From IMG/VR virus record IMGVR_UViG_3300028588_000812: 64,000 nucleotides of DNA; one strand, 5' to 3'. This document shows positions 57,746-64,000 of this stretch, one piece after another (the first letter of the stretch is position 1; every line of letters starts with the position of its first letter). A model generated the notes under the pieces. That model was not told the DNA's origin and did no database searches. It saw nothing but the letters and a program-made list of their open reading frames with translations. A program made the position numbers and the translations under genes. Origin of the DNA: an uncultured virus (IMG/VR IMGVR_UViG_3300028588_000812) (lineage: Duplodnaviria; Heunggongvirae; Uroviricota; Caudoviricetes).

Positions 57746-58060
57746 ATGGCAAATAAAATTAAAATCCCTTTTCTAGGTAAAGTAGTTGCAAAAAGCGTTA
57801 TGCGCGGCGCTTATGTTGGCGTTTCAGGTAACACAAGTCAACTAGCTAAAGTTCGTAAACAAATTGAAGCTCATAATGCAAAACTAGCCGCTGACCAAAG
57901 AGTAGCATTTGCAGAAGAAATGCCCGAATTTGGTCCCAACACTGTAATCTATTCAGGTGTAGAAGCAGAAGATGCTCTAGATGATTTACTAGAAAACCCA
58001 GCAGACGGAGAAGAAGCTGTCACTGAGCGTTTACATAGAAATAAAAAGTTACATCCATAA
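57746..58060 (+). CDS. hypothetical protein
   Basis: start MANKIK 6 nt after TATACT. Confidence 0.65.
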   Translation: MANKIKIPFLGKVVAKSVMRGAYVGVSGNTSQLAKVRKQIEAHNAKLAADQRVAFAEEMPEFGPNTVIYSGVEAEDALDDLLENPADGEEAVTERLHRNKKLHP

Positions 58061-58068
58061 ATTATAAT

Positions 58069-58108
58069 GTACGGGCTATGAAACTAATTACAGTTTCATA
58101 GCCCGTAC
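58069..58108. terminator. bidirectional terminator
   Basis: 17-bp perfect inverted repeat between convergent genes. Confidence 0.75.
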
Positions 58109-58121
58109 TATTTATTATAAC

Positions 58122-58778
58122 TTAGCAGTCCCAACCGCCATTATGCTCTTCTCGCTTAAATGTTTCTTCTAACGCGCCCGTAACCATTTCATAAGTGCTA
58201 CTATCAAGCTGATTATCAAAGCTATAATAACCTGGTCTACTAAAACCAGTATCAAGTTTATTAAATGGATTGCTTATACCATTCATTTCCATATCAACAC
58301 CATTTTGATAACCCTTATAGCCAACTTCACTTAGCTCTTGATTAAGTTTTTCAGCATCATCTTTTGTTACAACAATACCTTTTTGTTGCAAGCTTTCTAC
58401 CAAAAATCTTGCAGAACCAGCAGCTTCCCTTACTTCTTCTTGGTCTACTTGAGTATAACTAATATATGGTTCATCTAATCCTGGCCCGTCATTGTAATGG
58501 TCTGCATTTCGTAACGCGCTATGAGTGTCAAGCGCATCAGGGTCTATATTTTTATACTTCTTAACATCTTCTTGTCTTGCTTGTTCAAAAGCGGTGCCAT
58601 CTGAATTCTTTTCAACAGTAGAACCGTGTTCATAAGATCCACCAGAAGCTGCTTCAAAATCTTTTCTTAATGCAAAATAGGCGTTAAAGTCACCAGAAGC
58701 AGCCGCTGTATCTACTGCTCTACGCATTTCCCCTTTACTACAAAAACGACCATTACCGTCATGGTATGGATTAGGCAT
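58122..58778 (-). CDS. hypothetical protein with NPYHDxxGRFCS N-terminal tag
   Basis: first ~42 aa similar to those of 9448..11475. Confidence 0.75.
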   Translation of the reverse strand: MPNPYHDGNGRFCSKGEMRRAVDTAAASGDFNAYFALRKDFEAASGGSYEHGSTVEKNSDGTAFEQARQEDVKKYKNIDPDALDTHSALRNADHYNDGPGLDEPYISYTQVDQEEVREAAGSARFLVESLQQKGIVVTKDDAEKLNQELSEVGYKGYQNGVDMEMNGISNPFNKLDTGFSRPGYYSFDNQLDSSTYEMVTGALEETFKREEHNGGWDC

Positions 58779-58880
58779 AACATTCCCCTTAAATAAAAGC
58801 TTTAATAGTTTATTGATATCAACATTGAGAAAGAGTTAGTACGTCTGTACAGGTTAAGAGCAAAATAAGATGCTAAGTGT

Positions 58881-59408
58881 TTATAGCTTAGTACCATCAG
58901 ATAAGATATAAGGTTCAAAATTATCAAACTCTTCATCGGGAACATCAAGCTCACGAACAGTAACTTTTAATTCGCCATATTTTTCATGGGTAGCAGAAAG
59001 CCATAAATATGGCCCTTCCTCATGAAAGTGTATTTCTGTTCTATCAGGAAGTCTTTGTTCCGTACCTGACCAAAATGGTACATAGAAACCGCCACCATAC
59101 ATGTATTCCATAAACTGTACAGGGTCATGAAAAGGGCAAGGTACCCCTTTATCTCTAAAATCATCATCAGCATCACACAAACCCCACCCTTGATAATCGC
59201 CTTCCCATTCAACAATAGTTGAACAAACACTATCAGGATAACTGGCTCCAAATGCTGACCATGTAAGATAACCAGGGCATTTTTCTACTCCAACAGAAGT
59301 AGGCTCCCCAAATATCATACCAAGTTCGCGCGCAGCTACAGAATAAGCTTCACCAGTTTCTTTAACACGGTCACGGATAGCTTTTTTACGATTACTATTA
59401 CGAGTCAT
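58881..59408 (-). CDS. hypothetical protein with actinobacterial MTRNxxRKxAIRxRxxxTGExYxxAAR N-terminus and Cys-rich domain
   Basis: recognisable N-terminal pattern; CPG, VC, LCD, CPFH. Confidence 0.7.
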   Translation of the reverse strand: MTRNSNRKKAIRDRVKETGEAYSVAARELGMIFGEPTSVGVEKCPGYLTWSAFGASYPDSVCSTIVEWEGDYQGWGLCDADDDFRDKGVPCPFHDPVQFMEYMYGGGFYVPFWSGTEQRLPDRTEIHFHEEGPYLWLSATHEKYGELKVTVRELDVPDEEFDNFEPYILSDGTKL

Positions 59409-59588
59409 TACAAACTTTCACAAGCTAGAAACCTACGTCAAACCAGCTTGGTTTTTACTCAGTAAAATAACAAACGGTTAATAATAGAATCCACTAAGGA
59501 CTTTGCTCTTAACCTTAATTCTTACGTAGGAAGAGCTAAGACAAGACAGGCTACTATAACAGCCGGTCTAGTAATCATAGCACAAAAA

Positions 59589-59620
59589 TTGGGGTGCTAC
59601 TGAAAATAGTAGCACCCCAA
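59589..59620 (-). terminator. terminator
   Basis: ttggggtgctact / agtagcaccccaa. Confidence 0.7.
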
Positions 59621-59631
59621 AATAGCTTTAG

Positions 59632-59862
59632 TTAAAGTAGTTTTTTCAAAGCAGTTAAACTTACAACCAAATCGTCAATAATATCAGCATCAAATTGCCC
59701 CGCTAAGTCAACCTTTGCAATTACAGGTAAAGTTAATTCTTCTACTTCTTTGCCACGAACAACAATAAGTTTACCTGTGCTATCACTGATAACAACAGCA
59801 GAAGGCTTAACCTTATTTGTGTTCATAGTTTCTACATTATGGTCTTGTTGAACCGCACCCAT
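59632..59862 (-). CDS. hypothetical protein
   Basis: 76-aa ORF; GGCGATAG element at 59893-59900. Confidence 0.55.
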   Translation of the reverse strand: MGAVQQDHNVETMNTNKVKPSAVVISDSTGKLIVVRGKEVEELTLPVIAKVDLAGQFDADIIDDLVVSLTALKKLL

Positions 59863-60007
59863 TACAACTCATTCCTTAGATAGATACCCATTCTATCGCC
59901 TTAAACTGAAATTTACAACATATGAATGCGACATTCAATAACTATTTGGTAAACACGTTCTCATGGTAAGATATACTTATTCATAAATGTTATAGAAAGG
60001 GTATCCA

Positions 60008-60193
60008 ATGCCAGAGCTAGAAGAAGATATTCTGATTTTAGAATTATCTAATGATGAAACATTAACAGTTCCACTACCAGCAGGAACCTTTGATAAATTT
60101 GAAGAACAAGCCAAGCAAGAAGGCGTTCCTTTTAACGAAGATTTTATAGTCAACATCTTGATGAAAGCCCTAGAACACGAAGAAAAGCAGTAA
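60008..60193 (+). CDS. small hypothetical protein (possibly RHH-like)
   Basis: 61 aa with GAAAGG SD; beta-helix-helix-like pattern. Confidence 0.5.
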   Translation: MPELEEDILILELSNDETLTVPLPAGTFDKFEEQAKQEGVPFNEDFIVNILMKALEHEEKQ

Positions 60194-60376
60194 CTGTAGA
60201 CGCCATTCTGAGACTAGATAACGTTTCAAGCATAACTTGCTCGTAGAAGGTGTTTAGTAGCTTAGAAAAGCCCACAGGGAGCTAATTAGGTGCTATTCTA
60301 GGGCTATTACGACTTGACAAGATTAGATGCTGTAAGCCTTTCAAAAAAGACAAAAATTAACTGAACCAAAACTATT

Positions 60377-60805
60377 ATGACATTCCAAATACAGGAAATT
60401 GCACCTAAGTCATTAGACAACTTACAGGATATTTTTGTCTCATTTACAAAAGATTACCCAAACTTCTACCAATGGTTAGACAATATTAAAACATTAAATA
60501 ATCGTAGAGTGTTTGTTACTAAACAAAATCTAACAGAAAAATACCAAGCTATTGCTATACTTAAAATAAATACTGATAACACAATCAAAATTTCTACCTT
60601 CAAAGTTTTAGAAACAGCACGTAACAAAAACCTAGGAAGTAAACTAATGAATACAATTGTTAATTTGTATCCATCAGAAACTATATTTTATATAGAAACT
60701 AAACCTCACAATAAAAACCTTATTAGTTTCCTCAATCATAATGGTTTCATTCAAATAGATAAAAACTTAAACCATAATAGTGATATAACATTAACCAGAA
60801 TATAA
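60377..60805 (+). CDS. GNAT-family acetyltransferase
   Basis: KISTFKV...RNKNLGSKLM (acetyl-CoA loop), N...ISFLNHNGF; markedly AT-rich. Confidence 0.8.
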   Translation: MTFQIQEIAPKSLDNLQDIFVSFTKDYPNFYQWLDNIKTLNNRRVFVTKQNLTEKYQAIAILKINTDNTIKISTFKVLETARNKNLGSKLMNTIVNLYPSETIFYIETKPHNKNLISFLNHNGFIQIDKNLNHNSDITLTRI

Positions 60806-60848
60806 GAAGTAGCCCCTCACCAGAATTAACTGGTGAGGGGCTACTTCT
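60805..60848. terminator. bidirectional terminator
   Basis: 19-bp perfect inverted repeat. Confidence 0.75.
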
Positions 60849-60911
60849 GTTACACGTTTAGCAAATAACTTAACTACAAGAAATAATTAGCTTTAAGCTA
60901 AACTCATTGTT

Positions 60912-61550
60912 TTACAAATATGTTACTTCAAGTTTATCTTTAACCTTTTTGCTTAAAGGAGCTTCTTTTAACGCATTTTCAGCTTTAAGTTTTTCATCTT
61001 GATAAATAGCAATCTCTTCCGCAGAAGCTTCTCGTACAGAAGTAATTTCATCTTTAACATTATTCAAAGCTTTAGCGAAATACTTATTATTAGCTACGAA
61101 AACAGAACTAGCTAATACATCATCAGTTAATTCTCGAACAGGGAAATCATATCTCTCATGTAACCATAAGCGGTAAGCATTTTTGTAAGCTGTGTTTTTT
61201 AAGCTTTCTTCTTGCAGACATTCAACGTGCCTATATTTACTCATAGAATATTTAGAAGCATTTTCTCCTAATATTATACTTCCAGTTACACCAAGTAAAC
61301 CTAAGAATGCATAAAAACCCAAAGGATATATAGCGACAAGAGTCAAGAGAATGCTACCAACAGTTAAAATAATTGCAACCCCTTCAAGATTATCAGAAGT
61401 TTTAAAACTCATCTTATTCTTCTTGGCAACTAAACTGTCAACCATGTTTCCAAAAGGCAAAGGGAAAGGCTTAGAAGGATCAATAACTTCACTACTATAA
61501 AACCTTGTTAACTCATCAGAATAATCTTGCTCAGTAATTAACTTACTCAT
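60912..61550 (-). CDS. 2-TM membrane protein, paralog 1 of the EVTYL family
   Basis: start MSKLITEQDY; KPFP, NAYRxWLxxRY, REASxEEIAxY, EVTYL. Confidence 0.75.
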   Translation of the reverse strand: MSKLITEQDYSDELTRFYSSEVIDPSKPFPLPFGNMVDSLVAKKNKMSFKTSDNLEGVAIILTVGSILLTLVAIYPLGFYAFLGLLGVTGSIILGENASKYSMSKYRHVECLQEESLKNTAYKNAYRLWLHERYDFPVRELTDDVLASSVFVANNKYFAKALNNVKDEITSVREASAEEIAIYQDEKLKAENALKEAPLSKKVKDKLEVTYL

Positions 61551-62328
61551 ATTTATTTTACAATCTACTAGAACGTTTATACATTCAAGCATAGCAGAAA
61601 ATAAAAAGCGTCTTCATAATTACTAGATGTAATTACAAAAACGCTTAACTCAAAATTATAAATAGGTTACTTCAACCTCATCTTTAACCTTATCGCTTAG
61701 AGGCGCTTCTTTTAATGCTTTCTTAGCTTCTTGTTGAACATTTTCATAAACAGCAATTTCTTCTTCAGAAGCTTCCCTTACAAAAGTAATTTCATCTTTA
61801 GCATCATTCAAAACTTTAGCGAAATACTTATTCCCAATTACAAAAACAGAACTAGCTAATACATCATCAGTTAATTCTTCAATAGGAAAATTATACCTAT
61901 CATTTAACCAAGTACGATAAGCATTTGTGTAAGCCGTACTCTTTTGACCCTCTTTAAGTGAGATTTCAATATGCTTAGATTTATTAATATAATACTTGGA
62001 AGAAGTTTCTCCTAATAATATAGCTCCTGCCACACCAAGTAAACCCAATAAACCATAAGCACCAATAAAAGGAATACCGACCAAAGTGAATGTTATACTA
62101 ACAAAAAGCAAAACGATTGCGGCAATTTGAAGCGAATTAGAAATTCCAAAATTTATCTTATCTTTTTTAGTAAGCAACCTGTCAACAGTATATAAAGGAA
62201 AAGGCTTAGAAGGCTTAAAGTATTCATTCTCATAAAACTTTGTTAACTCATCAGAATAATCTTGCTCAGTAATTAACTTACTCATATTTATTTTACAATC
62301 TACTAGAACGTTTATACATTCAAGCATA
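61505..62328. repeat. 89-bp identical direct repeat (61505-61593 and 62240-62328)
   Basis: covers promoter, leader and first codons of two paralogs. Confidence 0.9.
61656..62285 (-). CDS. 2-TM membrane protein, paralog 2
   Basis: same motifs as 60912..61550. Confidence 0.75.
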   Translation of the reverse strand: MSKLITEQDYSDELTKFYENEYFKPSKPFPLYTVDRLLTKKDKINFGISNSLQIAAIVLLFVSITFTLVGIPFIGAYGLLGLLGVAGAILLGETSSKYYINKSKHIEISLKEGQKSTAYTNAYRTWLNDRYNFPIEELTDDVLASSVFVIGNKYFAKVLNDAKDEITFVREASEEEIAVYENVQQEAKKALKEAPLSDKVKDEVEVTYL

Positions 62329-62390
62329 CCAGGAAATAAAAATTATCCCTCTGATTGGACTTATCATTCAGAAGGGTAATAATTTAAGTA

Positions 62391-62996
62391 TTACAAGTAA
62401 GTCACTTCAAGTCTATCCTTGAATGCTTCATAAGCAATAATTTCTTCTGGCGAAGCTTGTCGCACAGTTTTAATCTTATTTTTATTCTCGTTCCACACTT
62501 GCGTAAAATAATCATCATTAAATTTGAAAGTATTATTAGCCATAGCATTATTAATACTCTCATCACTTAAAGCTGGAATACCATAACGAGTATTTAACCA
62601 TTCATTATAGGCGTTCTTAAAAGAATAATTATTTGGCAACAACTTTACCATATCCACATGAGCTTTACTTTTCATAGCATGAATTTTTCCACCTCGAATG
62701 CTAACCCACAATAAACCACCCCAAACAAAAGCCCATATTGTATAAGGCCAAGCACTTTCTTCTATAACAGCAACAACAGTTAACAAAACAAAACCAACTA
62801 TCATTGAAGTAACTGATGCTGCTAAAGCCCCAATACGTACAAAATCATATTTTATATTAGGATCATAAAAGCCTGAACTATCTAAAATCCCCTTAACAGG
62901 AACAGGAAAAGCCTTATCTGTATAAATAGTTGCACTATCATAAAAAGTTGACAACTTATCATTTAACTCTTGTTCAGTAGGTTTATAGACCACCAC
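62391..62996 (-). CDS. 2-TM membrane protein, paralog 3 (diverged)
   Basis: KAFP, NAYNEWLNTRY, RQASPEEIIAY, EVTYL. Confidence 0.7.
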   Translation of the reverse strand: MVVYKPTEQELNDKLSTFYDSATIYTDKAFPVPVKGILDSSGFYDPNIKYDFVRIGALAASVTSMIVGFVLLTVVAVIEESAWPYTIWAFVWGGLLWVSIRGGKIHAMKSKAHVDMVKLLPNNYSFKNAYNEWLNTRYGIPALSDESINNAMANNTFKFNDDYFTQVWNENKNKIKTVRQASPEEIIAYEAFKDRLEVTYL

Positions 62997-63092
62997 AGGC
63001 TCACAATCAATTTAATATTTCTAATTGCCTACAAGCATACCAGGGAAACAGAAATGGCACACACAATTGCCAACAATCATGCGGGCAATATA

Positions 63093-63141
63093 AAATACAG
63101 TAGGCCCTCAGCTAAGTTCTAGCTGAGGGCCTACTGTATTT
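63093..63141 (-). terminator. terminator
   Basis: 22-bp perfect inverted repeat. Confidence 0.75.
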
Positions 63142-63148
63142 CGCTTTA

Positions 63149-64000
63149 TTACTTGTTCGTTGCTCTTACAACATTTAGTGGGTTAGATGAACTTGTAAGG
63201 ATACCCTTGTCTACACGATTTGCACCGCGACCTTGATAGTCTCTACAGTCATATGTGCCGACTTTCCATGAAGAACCTTGTGGCGCTGATGCGGCACCGT
63301 TTCCCATGTCCCCACCTTGGGGGGTATTAAAGGATGCAGTTACACGATAGGTACGTTCTACAACGAAACCTTGGCTTGCACTTTCAGATGCCCAGTTAAA
63401 GGACATAGCCTTGTTTCCGTTAGCATTGTTGTTGTTATACCATTGTCCGAACTTCTCGATAGAGGCGTTACTTCTGTTAGCAAAATACTTGAAGTATTGG
63501 ATGCTAGCATTAGCGTCTGTACCATAGAATGGAGTTGAACCACCTTTAACCTCAGTCTTATAGGCTATGTTAGTAACATCTTTAACCCCGTTACTTGAAC
63601 CACCATCTGTTACATCAACATCACGTGCAGTTGAAGTGTCTACGATACGAACGTTAGCAAAGTCTAGATTAACTCTCTCACCGTTACGCATAGCTGCGGC
63701 TGGTGTTGTTGGTGATAATCTTCCTGATGTTACAGCAGCACGGTCTAGACCAAATGTTGTTGGTGTTCCCAATTTACATTGCCATTGAACTTGCGGACAA
63801 GTTGCAGGGTTTGTAAATTTGTCAATATTTGGTAATGCGCCTTGACTGTTGTATGGACCTTCTGTAGCGTTAGCAGCACCAGGTCGGCAAGAGTGTGTCC
63901 AGTATGTTGTTGCTGAACCAGGTTGTGTTCCACCTGAACTCCATTGAGAGTAAACTACTTGATTTCCCCATGCAATCCATTTAAGGTTGTTATAGGTTTT
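63149..64000 (-). CDS. 3' part of a probable secreted/surface protein; start lies beyond the window
   Basis: frame of 63149..63772 stays open to 64000 (KTYNNLKWIAWGNQ...CPQVQWQCKLGTPT); G/S/T/N- and Cys-rich. Confidence 0.7.
   Translation of the reverse strand, partial: KTYNNLKWIAWGNQVVYSQWSSGGTQPGSATTYWTHSCRPGAANATEGPYNSQGALPNIDKFTNPATCPQVQWQCKLGTPTTFGLDRAAVTSGRLSPTTPAAAMRNGERVNLDFANVRIVDTSTARDVDVTDGGSSNGVKDVTNIAYKTEVKGGSTPFYGTDANASIQYFKYFANRSNASIEKFGQWYNNNNANGNKAMSFNWASESASQGFVVERTYRVTASFNTPQGGDMGNGAASAPQGSSWKVGTYDCRDYQGRGANRVDKGILTSSSNPLNVVRATNK

Noticed and set aside
2124..58822. TTAGATAT/TTGATA variants upstream of 2086, 8279, 31544, 55322 and 58778 as more sigma28 promoters
   Set aside because: Plausible degenerate copies, but too AT-rich to distinguish from background without a statistical model
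1..64000. Short antisense or out-of-frame ORFs in the track (e.g. 800..997, 11650..11958, 16375..16800, 29813..30238, 34078..34416, 44182..44493, 50731..51123)
   Set aside because: Shadows of well-supported genes, with no motifs or expression signals
1..64000. Alternative genetic code or stop-codon recoding
   Set aside because: Known genes are full length under code 11, and TAA, TAG and TGA all occur as stops
1..64000. tRNA, rRNA or tmRNA genes; phage structural genes; integrase or transposase
   Set aside because: None recognisable by eye; tRNAscan/Infernal and HMM searches would be needed to exclude divergent ones

Overview
This AT-rich, gene-dense window (GC roughly mid-30s % by eye, not computed) looks like part of a very large mobile replicon, either a giant plasmid-like element or a jumbo phage. 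Several proteins are of actinobacterial type. No capsid, terminase, rRNA, tRNA or CRISPR array was recognised. The genes fall into three groups. (1) Nucleotide, DNA and RNA metabolism: thyA-folA, RNA ligase plus Pnk, SbcCD, RuvC, SSB, RecG, a YqaJ-DEDDh fusion, a Suv3-like helicase, a DnaC-like ATPase and two inteins. (2) A dispersed type IV pilus and DNA-transfer-like apparatus: PilT, five prepilin-like genes including a 1072-aa FN3 pilin, prepilin peptidase, signal peptidase I, an FtsK-family ATPase, a membrane-anchored nuclease and a DivIVA-like coiled coil. (3) Its own expression control: two sigma factors and a stand-alone IF3 C-domain. The main hidden structure is a two-tier promoter system. 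A sigma28/WhiG-type -10 element (nCCGATA) lies just upstream of about 15 pilus, membrane and transfer genes and of the FliA/WhiG-like sigma gene itself. Many DNA/nucleotide-metabolism genes instead carry TGn-TAnnnT housekeeping promoters, and many genes of both classes appear leaderless. Two shared N-terminal tags (MCxxxPGPRCS and NxYHDxxGRFCS) mark otherwise unrelated proteins and may be export or packaging signals. All family assignments come from motif recognition by eye, without database searches.
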